Part shown: positions 30,978 through 39,635 of the stretch, piece by piece
Layout: each line of letters begins with the position of its first letter
Position numbering within the stretch: position 1 is the first letter of the stretch
Assembly (NCBI GenBank): GCA_963785235.1
Contig: CAWAUM010000002.1
Span: forward strand, 884-64,883
From: an uncultured delta proteobacterium
GTDB lineage: Bacteria; Desulfobacterota; Desulfomonilia; UBA1062
Direction: 5' to 3'
Length of the DNA stretch: 64,000 nt
Notes under the pieces: model-generated
What the model saw: the letters and a program-made list of their open reading frames with translations, nothing else
Database searches by the model: none
What the model was told of the DNA's origin: nothing
Program-made: the position numbers and the translations under genes

Positions 30978-31858
30978 GCCATGCGCTGATCGACTCCTTC
31001 CTGGAGTACCTCATCGCCGAGAGATCTTCTCCTGAAAATACGGTTTCTTCCTATGCGGCGGACCTTGAGACCCTTAAGAACTTCCTTGAAGAAAAGGGTA
31101 TCACTGAGCTTTCGGTGAGCGGGGCCGACCTCGAGGAGTATACCTCGCTCTGCAAGGAAAAAGGGCTTAAGGGCACAAGCATCAGGCGCAGGCTCTCCAC
31201 TATCAGGCAATTCTACCGGTTCCTTATCGAAGAGGAGATCATTGCCGCTGATCCCACCCGGGACCTTGCATCGCCGAAGCAAGGCTTGTACCTGCCCGAG
31301 GTATTGAGCATAGATGAGGTGGCAAGGCTGATGGCAAGCCCTGATGTGGGCACGCCTTTGGGTGTGAGGGACAAGGCCATGCTCGAACTTCTCTATGCCA
31401 CGGGACTGCGCGTAAGCGAGCTTATCGGCCTTAAGCTCCACCACCTCAACCTCCATGTGGGCTATCTCATCTGCAGGGGCAAGGGCGACAAGGAACGCCT
31501 TGTGCCCATGGGTGAAAGCGCACAGCGCTGGGTCAACGACTATCTGAAGAACACAAGGCCTTATCTGGTCAAGAAGCCCACGGACATCCTCTTCTGTTCC
31601 AGGAGGGGGGGCGCCATGACCAGGCAAAACTTCTGGCATTCCATCAAGAGATATGCAACCATAGCAGGCATATTGAAGCAGATATCCCCCCATATGCTCA
31701 GGCATTCGTTCGCCACCCACCTTCTGGGTGGCGGCGCAGACCTCAGGTCGGTTCAGATGATGCTCGGCCATGCGGATATCTCCACCACGCAGATTTATAC
31801 GCACCTCTCTTCGGCCAGACTCAAAGAGGTTCACGAGCGGTATCACCCAAGGGGGTAG
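30974..31858 (+). CDS. xerD: Tyrosine recombinase XerD
   Basis: IDSFLEYLIAERSSPENTVSSY, LGHADISTTQIYTHL and a C-terminal HPRG. Confidence 0.85.
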   Translation: MSHALIDSFLEYLIAERSSPENTVSSYAADLETLKNFLEEKGITELSVSGADLEEYTSLCKEKGLKGTSIRRRLSTIRQFYRFLIEEEIIAADPTRDLASPKQGLYLPEVLSIDEVARLMASPDVGTPLGVRDKAMLELLYATGLRVSELIGLKLHHLNLHVGYLICRGKGDKERLVPMGESAQRWVNDYLKNTRPYLVKKPTDILFCSRRGGAMTRQNFWHSIKRYATIAGILKQISPHMLRHSFATHLLGGGADLRSVQMMLGHADISTTQIYTHLSSARLKEVHERYHPRG

Positions 31859-31865
31859 ACTTTTG

Positions 31866-34525
31866 GAGGTCATCACCTCCCACATCCAGGCGGATTTCGA
31901 TGCATTTGCCTCGATGCTCGCTGCCAGGAAACTCCATCCAGGCGCCATCATCGTCTTTCCAGGCGCCCAGGAGAAGAACCTCCGGGACTACCTTATGCGG
32001 GCCTCCCCGGAGGTCTCTGCCGTAATCGTCAAGCTGAAGTCCGTCATGGTGAACAAGGTGACGCGGCTTATCATCGTGGATACCAGGCAGCTCTCGCGCA
32101 TCGGCGATTTTGCCGGTATCATCGGCAAGGACGGGGTGGAGGTGATCATCTATGACCATCACCCGCCTTCGGGCGACGATATCGTGGTTGAGAACGAGCA
32201 ATGCAGAGAATATGGCTCCAACAGCGCGTTCATGGTGGAGATCCTCAAGGAAAACGGCATTACCCCCACCCCGGAAGAGGCCACCATCCTGGCCATGGGG
32301 ATCTTCGAAGACACCGGGGCCCTGCTGTTCCCTTCCACCAGACCCGAAGACGCCATGGCCCTGGCGGATCTTATCCGGTGGGGCGCCGACCTGAAGGCCG
32401 TCTCTCATACGCTCGCCCGCGAGCTCAACCCAGAGCAGGTGGACGTATTGGACCAGCTCATAAAGAACGCCTATATCTTCCACGTCGGGGGCATTGACGT
32501 TCTGTTCACGCGCTCCGAATCGGCAGGGTATGTGGAGGATTTCGCCATGCTCGTGCATAAGCTCAGGGGCATGTTCGAGGTGGATGCCATATTCGCGCTG
32601 GGGCTTATGGCCGAGCGCATCTACCTGGTTGCGCGCAGCACCGTGCCGCAGATCAATGCCGCCGAAGTGGCGTCGGGCTTCGGTGGTGGCGGCCATGCAA
32701 CGGCGGCTGCCGCATCCATAAAGGACCGGTCCCTGGACAACGTTGAAAGCATGCTGGTGAACCTCATCAAGAAGGATACCAGGCCCAGGATCACGGCGCG
32801 CGACATCATGACCTTCCCTGTCATTGCCTTGAAGATGGATGCCACCATGGACGAGGCGAGCACTACGCTCAACCGGTACAACATCAATGCAGCCATCGTT
32901 CAATCCAAGGATGAACAGGTAGTGGGCGTGGTCACCAGGCAGGTGGTGAGCCGGGCGCAGGGCCACGACCTGGGAGAAGCAAGGGTAAAGGATTACATGC
33001 TCCGGGATATCAAATTCATCAGGCCGGACGCACCGGTGGCTGAGATACGGACCCTGATCATCGACGGAAACCAGCGCCTGCTGCCCGTGGTGGAAGACCG
33101 CAAGGCCGTGGGGGTGATAACCAGGACCGACCTCATGAGGATCATGCATGAGAAGATGGTACGGTCAGAAGGGGTCGATTACCGGACAATGCAGAAAAAG
33201 AACATCCAATCCCTCCTGGAGGACCGGCTGCCCAGGCAGGTGAACATGCTGCTGCATGCAGGCAGGGACACTCGCGGCATCCATGGGATTCAACCTCTAC
33301 CTGGTGGGCGGGATCGTGCGCGACATGCTGCTGAGGATCGACAATCTGGACATGGATCTGGTGGTGGAGGGCGACGGTATTGCCTTTGCCAGGACCCTCA
33401 CCCAGTCCCTGGGGGCACGCTGTGCGGTGCATGAAAAGTATAAGACCGCGGTGATTACGCTGCCCAGACGGCACCCATATCGATGTGGCCACGGCCAGGC
33501 TTGAATACTATAACCATCCGGGCGGGTACCCCATCGTGGAGCAGTCCACCCTCAAGCTCGACCTTTACCGCCGCGACTTCACCATCAACACCATGGCCGT
33601 GTACCTCAATCCCCAGCGCTTCGGCGAGCTCATCGACTTCTTCGGCGCCCAGCGGGACATCAAGGAAAAACATATCAGGGTGCTGCATGCGCTCAGCTTT
33701 GTGGAGGACCCTTCCCGCATCTTCAGGGCCGCACGCTTCGAAAAGCGCTATGGGTTTGCGCTGGGCAAACAGACGCTCTCCCTGGTGCATGCCGCGGTGA
33801 GGTCAGGCCTGTTGAGCAACATACCGGGCAGGCGGATCTCGCACGAGATAAGGCAGATCCTCTCGGAGGACGACCCGCTTCCGAGCCTTGAGCGGCTTCG
33901 TGAGCTGGAGGTTCTTACCGCCATCCATCCGGACATCGTGTTCAATACCGACATCAAGGATGACTTTGCCAAGGTGAAGCAGACCATCTCCTGGTTCAAT
34001 ATGCTTTACACCCATGAGGACTACCGCCCATGGTTCATCTACCTGCTGGCCCTGGTGGAACATATGAAGCCCAAGAAGATCATAGCAATCTGCGGCAGGC
34101 TCGGGCTCACCGATGAGAACATGCGGAACATTCTCACTGCCAGGACCAGGGTGAACACCATCTTAAGGGAGCTGATCATACTCCAGAAGAAGTCGCCCTC
34201 TTCTGTGGTCAAGGTGCTGGAAAAGGCAACTCTTGAAGAGATGCTCTATGCCATGTCCAAGACCAAGGGCGCTGAGATAAAGGAGATGATCTCCTCGTTC
34301 ATCACCTCATGGCGCTCATACAAACCGCCGGTCACGGGCAAGGATCTGATAGCCCTCGGGTTCAAGAAGGGCAAGCTCCTGGGCGACACGTTACGGCTCA
34401 TCCGCGACAAAGGGCTCAATGGCGAGATCAAGGACTTCAAGCAGGCCATGGCCTTTGCAAAGAAACGCCTTGATGAACCGGTGAACACGAAGAATCACAG
34501 GGTTGACGAACAGGGTATCATCTAG
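31866..34525 (+). CDS. Multidomain protein fusing DHH/DHHA1 phosphoesterase, tandem CBS domains and a poly(A) polymerase/tRNA-nucleotidyltransferase domain. The probable start is a TTG with a strong RBS. It is frameshifted near 33263 and near 33463.
   Basis: DHH: ITSHIQADFDAFASM...DHH. CBS pair at about 32800-33150. Nucleotidyltransferase head: LYLVGGIVRDMLL...DLDLVV and RDFTINTMA. The three ORFs join as one protein. Confidence 0.7.
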
Positions 34526-34547
34526 TACACGTAAAAAAGACCCGAGT

Positions 34548-34622
34548 GGGGGTGTAGCTCAGTGGGAGAGCATCGCGTTCGCAATGCGAGGGTCGAGAGT
34601 TCAAATCTCTCCACCTCCACCA
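34548..34622 (+). tRNA. tRNA-Ala (anticodon CGC), with CCA encoded
   Basis: Cloverleaf folds by hand. The anticodon loop is TTCGCAA. A G3:U70 pair is in the acceptor stem. T-arm is GAGAG/TTCAAAT/CTCTC. Confidence 0.85.
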
Positions 34623-34715
34623 TCTTTTCAATAAATCGGATGACCCCATTTTATCCCATTGAGATTGACTTTTTCTCCGATAAGCAATACATGTATAGCA
34701 AAAGGGAGAAAAGCC

Positions 34716-34889
34716 ATGCTCGCTATAAGACTTCCCGCAGAAATCGAAGACCGACTTGAGGCTTTGGCAAAAGCCACAGGCCGCACGAAGACCTTCTATG
34801 TTCGCGAAGCAATCCTTGAGCATATCGACGACCTTGAGGATGTTTACCTTGCCGAGAAACGGCTGGAAGATATCCGGTCAGGCCAGTAA
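34716..34889 (+). CDS. Type II antitoxin, RelB/DinJ/ParD-like ribbon-helix-helix protein
   Basis: [50 protein letters not shown]. The RBS is AAAGGGAG. Confidence 0.7.
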   Translation: MLAIRLPAEIEDRLEALAKATGRTKTFYVREAILEHIDDLEDVYLAEKRLEDIRSGQ

Positions 34890-34924
34890 AAAGATTATAC
34901 CACTCGAAAAAATCATGAAACGCC

Positions 34925-35198
34925 ATGGCATGGAGGGTTGAGCTAGACCCCGCAACAGCGCGGGAGATAGACCGCCTTGATAAACAAGTTGCCCGTCGTA
35001 TCCTCAATTTTTTGTATGAAAGAGTTGCTCGACTGGGCGATCCCCGTGCCATCGGCCAGGCTCTGCAGGGTCCTAAATTTGGTGAGCTCTGGAAAGTATC
35101 GAGTGGGTGACTGGCGCATAATTTGTAAAATCGAAGATGAGCGAGTGACAGTCTTGGTCCTTCGTATCGGACACCGAAGCAAGGTATACAAGCCATAA
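34925..35198 (+). CDS. Type II toxin, RelE/ParE family. An extra G near 35096 causes a frameshift.
   Basis: The N-terminus [30 protein letters not shown] is RelE-like. The C-terminus [31 protein letters not shown] is recovered in the +1 frame. Confidence 0.65.
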
Positions 35199-35390
35199 TC
35201 TTTATTCAAGTCACTGCAAACCATCACTGCCTTAACTCAAGGTTAGGGCTGATGGATCGAGGGTTCAAATCCCTCCACCTCCACCACTTTTTCATAAAAT
35301 AACAAGAACATACAACTTGAACAACAATACCCATACCCCACACCCTTGTCTTTTGATTCTTCGATGCTAACCTATCAGTTGGGAGGGTAT

Positions 35391-35867
35391 ATGCGTATAG
35401 ACAGAAATATCAAAGAGAAGGGACATGATCCGTATGGCCAAGTGAGAAAACATACCGAAGGCGCATACTGCCCCGAATGCAGGGCCATTTATCAGGGAGG
35501 AAGATGGATATGGCCTGATAAGCAGCCTGCGGCCTTGGGTGTACCACTGCTTTGTTCAGCATGCAGAAGGATCAGGGATGATTTCCCGGCAGGAGAGGTA
35601 CGTCTGTCAGGCATTTATCTGATCAAGCACAAGGAGGAGATTGAAAACCTGGTCAATAAGATCGTCAAAGAAGCAAAGGAGAAATCGCCCGGCAAGAGAA
35701 TGATTGACATGGAAAAATCAACTGAAGGATTGTGCGTGAGATTGACTGATGATCATCTTGCCCGGCACATTGGAGATGCCCTTTATCGGGCCTATAAAGG
35801 AGATCTGCAGCTTAAGTATTCTGATGAACAGAAATTCGTGAGGCTTTACTGGCATCGTGATGAATGA
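35391..35867 (+). CDS. Hypothetical protein with a CxxC...CxxC zinc-ribbon. The start is taken as MRIDRN, which has an RBS.
   Basis: YCPECRAIYQGGRW...LLCSACRR. A GGGAGGG RBS lies upstream. I recognise no family for it. Confidence 0.5.
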   Translation: MRIDRNIKEKGHDPYGQVRKHTEGAYCPECRAIYQGGRWIWPDKQPAALGVPLLCSACRRIRDDFPAGEVRLSGIYLIKHKEEIENLVNKIVKEAKEKSPGKRMIDMEKSTEGLCVRLTDDHLARHIGDALYRAYKGDLQLKYSDEQKFVRLYWHRDE

Positions 35868-36085
35868 ATTGGTCAAGGATAAGAAACACCGATGATATGG
35901 GTTTGAGTAAAGATGAGATCAAGTCCGGGAACTTTTAAGACTGTAGTGGATCGTTCCCGGAGAGGAAGTCTTTGGACCCCTGTTTGATTACCGGCTGTGC
36001 TCCGTCCTGGGAGCGTGTTTCACGAACCGTGCAGTCAGGGCCAGGAATGCTGTGAAGCCAACAATTACAAAGATGACTGTCATGG

Positions 36086-36325
36086 CTATGCCCTCTTTAC
36101 CTTTCTCTCGATCACGACCTCTTCGATGAACCCCTTGAAGCCCAGTGCTATGCCGGCCACCAGTCCTACCATCGTGAAGTTGGGTGCCATGCCGAGAACC
36201 CTGTCCAGATACATGCCGCCGTAGAGTCCGAGGAAGGTCATCGTAACGAGCACCAGGCTGTATGCGCTTATCCTGCTGAGCCTGTTGGCCAGTGCCTTTT
36301 CGATCTTTTCTTTCTTTGTCTTCAT
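36086..36325 (-). CDS. AtpZ/AtpI-like small membrane protein (ATPase_gene1 family, a putative Ca2+/Mg2+ transporter accessory protein)
   Basis: 79 aa with two TM helices; the sequence includes ISAYSLVLVTMTFLGLYGGMYLDRVLG. This sequence pattern is typical of the family. Confidence 0.5.
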   Translation of the reverse strand: MKTKKEKIEKALANRLSRISAYSLVLVTMTFLGLYGGMYLDRVLGMAPNFTMVGLVAGIALGFKGFIEEVVIERKVKRA

Positions 36326-36364
36326 GGCCTTCCTCCTTATCCTTTTTTCTATCTGAGTCCTGCC

Positions 36365-36541
36365 TTAGAACAGGCTCATGAGGATCTCACGTGCCGGGCC
36401 GGTGTTGATGGTTACCAGGGCGACAACCAGGACGAATACCGCGCTTGCTTCTACCGGGGTGAGTCCCAATACCTTGTAGGTGAACCTGATCCCGATGCCG
36501 GTCATGAACAGTGCGCCGATTACGATCCATAATGTCATCAT
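36365..36541 (-). CDS. Small hydrophobic membrane protein of 58 aa. It is not in the ORF track. It lies downstream of a sigma-54-type promoter.
   Basis: MMTLWIVIGALFMTGIGIRFTYKVLGLTPVEASAVFVLVVALVTINTGPAREILMSLF. The minus-strand promoter TGGCACGCCCCTTGC lies about 45 nt upstream. Confidence 0.4.
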   Translation of the reverse strand: MMTLWIVIGALFMTGIGIRFTYKVLGLTPVEASAVFVLVVALVTINTGPAREILMSLF

Positions 36542-36589
36542 TGTCTTGCCCTCCCTGGGGTTTGTTTTTTTCTTTCTAACATATATAAG

Positions 36590-36605
36590 GCAAGGGGCGT
36601 GCCAG
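36590..36605 (-). promoter_or_regulatory. Putative sigma-54 promoter driving the small-membrane-protein operon
   Basis: The minus strand reads CTGGCACGCCCCTTGC, a near-consensus TGGCAC-N5-TTGC. Confidence 0.5.
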
Positions 36606-36815
36606 GTTCTGGCAATTTATAACTTATTGATATCATAAAAAATTATGTAATGGCCTTTCCTGGAATTGTCATTTTGGCAAAAAAGCCTCCTGCAAGGACA
36701 TGGGTGGGTACAAAATGACAAAATACCCTCAGGGGCGCTACTAAGATTGCCAGAATGGCAAAGACCGGGATTACACGCATGCCTGTGATCTCCCGTTATG
36801 AGATGACTACCGGAT

Positions 36816-37649
36816 TCAAGGCCCTTGGTCTTCATGAACCCCGTTGTTATAGACATAGCTTGAATTGGTCATAAAGGTCCTGATGCCGCCCATGATGCCG
36901 TCAACAATGGTTTCCAGGTGTGCACTATCATGCAGGAGCATGCAGTCGGCAGGGTTGGTTATAAAGCCCATCTCGATGAGGATGGCCGGCATCTGCGCGC
37001 CCATGAGCACGTAGAAGGGCGCCTGTTTAACGCCCAGGTCTTTGCCGGTATACCCTGTCTTTCTCAGGGAAGAGATAATGGCGTTCTGGGTGAAGGTGGC
37101 GAACCTCGATGATTCATTGATTTTGGCATTGAGCATGAGGTCCTTGATGATGAGCTGAAGGCCTTTCATGGACGAGGAGGACATGGCGTTCTCCCGCTGT
37201 GCCACCTTATTGGACGAGGCGTCGGTGGTCAGGTTCAGGAAGTATGTCTCAACCCCATCCCTGTACCGTGCCTCAGTTGCATTCACATGGATGGAGACAA
37301 AGAGGTCCGCCTTGTGTTTATTGGCAAAGGCTGTCCGGTCTTCAAGGGGGATATAGGTATCATTCTCCCGGGTAAGGAAGACCTCTACACCTTCATCGCA
37401 CAGGCGTTTCGCAAGGATCCTGCCCACCTCGAGGGTGATATCCTTCTCCTTCTCGCCATGCGGGCCTACACCACCCGGGGCCTTTCCCCCGTGGCCGGGA
37501 TCGATGACGATCTTCAATGCCTTGGACTTCTCCAGCGGGTCGGAAGATGCTGCAAGAAGCGTCTTATTGCTGCTGAAAAAGGAGAGAAAGACGGCAATGA
37601 CGATGAGGACGAACAAGGTTCTCGCATTGTCCGTATTCATGATAGCCAC
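36816..37649 (-). CDS. N-acetylmuramoyl-L-alanine amidase (Amidase_3), secreted. It is a paralog of the 28504 amidase.
   Basis: KIVIDPGHGGKAPGG and ADLFVSIHVNA. The C-terminal half is about 55% identical to 28504..30294. Confidence 0.85.
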   Translation of the reverse strand: MAIMNTDNARTLFVLIVIAVFLSFFSSNKTLLAASSDPLEKSKALKIVIDPGHGGKAPGGVGPHGEKEKDITLEVGRILAKRLCDEGVEVFLTRENDTYIPLEDRTAFANKHKADLFVSIHVNATEARYRDGVETYFLNLTTDASSNKVAQRENAMSSSSMKGLQLIIKDLMLNAKINESSRFATFTQNAIISSLRKTGYTGKDLGVKQAPFYVLMGAQMPAILIEMGFITNPADCMLLHDSAHLETIVDGIMGGIRTFMTNSSYVYNNGVHEDQGP

Positions 37650-37701
37650 TGTATATAGGAAAATCAGTTGAGATACAATTATTTCCGGATTGCAGTTTTA
37701 C

Positions 37702-39072
37702 CTAAAACTGCTCTTTCTCATTGATGATATTATACTTCCTGATCTTGTAATGCATGACCCGCCTGGATATGCCGAGGATCTGGGCAGCGTCTTTCTGGAC
37801 CCAGTTGGACTTCTTCAGCGCCTGGATAAGCATAGTCTTCTCATGGGCCTCAATAGGGTTGAGCCCCTCTTCCGAGAGTGGAACAGCCGTTGTGCGGTCA
37901 AACATACCCGAGGGCAGGATCTCGTCAGGGGTTATGATAGGCCCCTTGCTGAGCACCACTGCGGACTGGATGATGTTCTTCAGCTCCCTGACATTACCCG
38001 GCCAGGAATGGGAAAGGAGCATGTCCATGGCCTCCCTGCTGAAGCCGGTAACGGTCTTGCCTGTCTTGTTGGTGAATTCCGTAAGGAAGACCTGGGCCAG
38101 CCCGATGATATCTTCCTTCCTGTCTCTTAAGGGCGGCAGGTTGATGGTGAAGACCTTAAGCCGGTAAAAGAGATCTTCCCGGAACTCTCCCTTTTCCACC
38201 TTGGCCTTGAGATCCACGTTGGTGGCGGCTATCACCCGGATGTTCACATGTTTCTGGTTGACCTCACCCAGTCGCCTGAACTCTCCTGATTCCAGAACCC
38301 TCAACAGACGTGTCTGCATCTCGGGTGAAATGTTGCCGATCTCATCAAGGAAAAGCGTCCCTCCGTCGGCCTCTTCGATGATACCGCGCTTATCTTTTAC
38401 CGCCCCGGTAAATGCGCCGCGCCCATAACCGAACAGCTCGGCCTCGATGAGGGTGTGGGGGGTGGCCCCGCAGTCCATGATGACAAGCTTGCCCTCACGC
38501 CTTTTGCTCTCATAGTGGAGCATCCGGGTTACAAGCTCCTTGCCGGTGCCCGACTCGCCAAGGACAAGCACCGTGGCATCCGATGAGCTCACCTGGCGGA
38601 CCAGGGCCAGGATCTTCTTCATGGCAGGGCTTTCGGCATAGATATGATGCTCTATGCTGTCTCCAATCTCCTGCTCCAGGTAACGGACCCGCTGCTTGAG
38701 CCCGCGCTTTTCTATTGCCTTTTCGATCTTGGCCACCAGCTCGATGGCCTCGAAAGGCTTCACAAGGTAGTCATGCGACCCTTCCTTGATGGCCTGCACC
38801 GCACCCTCAATGGAACCATAGGCCGTAAAGATGATGACCTCGATATCCGGGTCGATCTTCTTGGCCTCCTTGAGGACCTCCATACCATCCATTTCAGGCA
38901 TCTTGAGGTCTGTAATCAGGACGCTGAATGTGTCCTTCTTGAGCTCATCCAGGGCCTTCCTGGCCTTGGTATATCCCACGGCATAGAACCCCATCGCTTC
39001 AAGCCTCGCAACCAGGACCTCTACAATGTCCGGCTCGTCATCAATGATGAGGATCTTGTGCTTCTGGCTCAT
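37702..39072 (-). CDS. Sigma-54-dependent response regulator (NtrC family): REC, AAA+ and Fis-type HTH domains
   Basis: The REC domain has the Asp in LITDLKMPEMDG. GESGTGKELVTRMLH, GAFTGA and a C-terminal HTH. Confidence 0.9.
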   Translation of the reverse strand: MSQKHKILIIDDEPDIVEVLVARLEAMGFYAVGYTKARKALDELKKDTFSVLITDLKMPEMDGMEVLKEAKKIDPDIEVIIFTAYGSIEGAVQAIKEGSHDYLVKPFEAIELVAKIEKAIEKRGLKQRVRYLEQEIGDSIEHHIYAESPAMKKILALVRQVSSSDATVLVLGESGTGKELVTRMLHYESKRREGKLVIMDCGATPHTLIEAELFGYGRGAFTGAVKDKRGIIEEADGGTLFLDEIGNISPEMQTRLLRVLESGEFRRLGEVNQKHVNIRVIAATNVDLKAKVEKGEFREDLFYRLKVFTINLPPLRDRKEDIIGLAQVFLTEFTNKTGKTVTGFSREAMDMLLSHSWPGNVRELKNIIQSAVVLSKGPIITPDEILPSGMFDRTTAVPLSEEGLNPIEAHEKTMLIQALKKSNWVQKDAAQILGISRRVMHYKIRKYNIINEKEQF

Positions 39073-39635
39073 TGCTTTCCTCGGCGCTTGACAGACTCGA
39101 GATGGATCTGTTCGAGTTTTTTCAGCTTGTAGCTCAACACCTCTATCTCTTTTTTAATGTCCTCGAGGTCCTTTTTCAAGCCCTCGTTTTCTTTCCTTGC
39201 CTGCTCAAGGCTCCGTTTCAGTTCTTCAATCTCCTTTGCATATTCCTTTGCCCTGGCAGCAGACTTCTGAAGGGTCTCCATACGCTCAATGAGGGTCAGC
39301 AGGTAGCCTGCCTCTACCTTCAAGTAATCAGGCACGAATGTCTTACCTCTGATCTCTTCCAGGTCGGTCTTCATGACACTAAAGGCATATTCACCCTTGA
39401 TGATTGAATCCATGATCAGGGCAATCTTGTGGCGGGCAACCAGTGAGGGAGGTAACACAGGATTCATTGACTTGAGATCCTCGCCGGAGGCCTTGCCCTG
39501 GGAAAGATTCTTCTCCGCAGCATCAATCTTGGTGTACAGGATCTCCGTCGCGCATCCCTGGAAGAGAAGCATTGTCATGAGCAACAGGAAGGCTGAAAGA
39601 AAAAATACTCCCCTTTCCCTCACTGCTTTGTGCAT
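39069..39635 (-). CDS. Coiled-coil lipoprotein encoded between the histidine kinase and response-regulator genes. The start is uncertain.
   Basis: A signal/lipobox-like segment FLLLMTMLLFQGC. A C-terminal Glu/Lys-rich coiled coil. Confidence 0.45.
   Translation of the reverse strand: MHKAVRERGVFFLSAFLLLMTMLLFQGCATEILYTKIDAAEKNLSQGKASGEDLKSMNPVLPPSLVARHKIALIMDSIIKGEYAFSVMKTDLEEIRGKTFVPDYLKVEAGYLLTLIERMETLQKSAARAKEYAKEIEELKRSLEQARKENEGLKKDLEDIKKEIEVLSYKLKKLEQIHLESVKRRGKQ

Larger units (their letters stand above)
34623..35286 (+). mobile_element. Putative remnant integrative islet next to tRNA-Ala. It carries a relBE-type toxin-antitoxin module and ends in an imperfect direct repeat of the tRNA 3' end.
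   Basis: The 31 nt at 35256-35286 (ATCGAGGGTTCAAATCCCTCCACCTCCACCA) match the tRNA-Ala 3' end (34592-34622) with 3 mismatches, two of them compensating T-stem changes. There is no integrase. Confidence 0.35.

Noticed and set aside
36617-36856. A 79-aa ORF on the minus strand that overlaps the amidase gene end and the sigma-54 promoter region
   Set aside because: It has no RBS and a Cys/His-rich low-complexity composition. It overlaps the 3' end of the amidase gene and sits across the predicted promoter, so it is likely non-coding.
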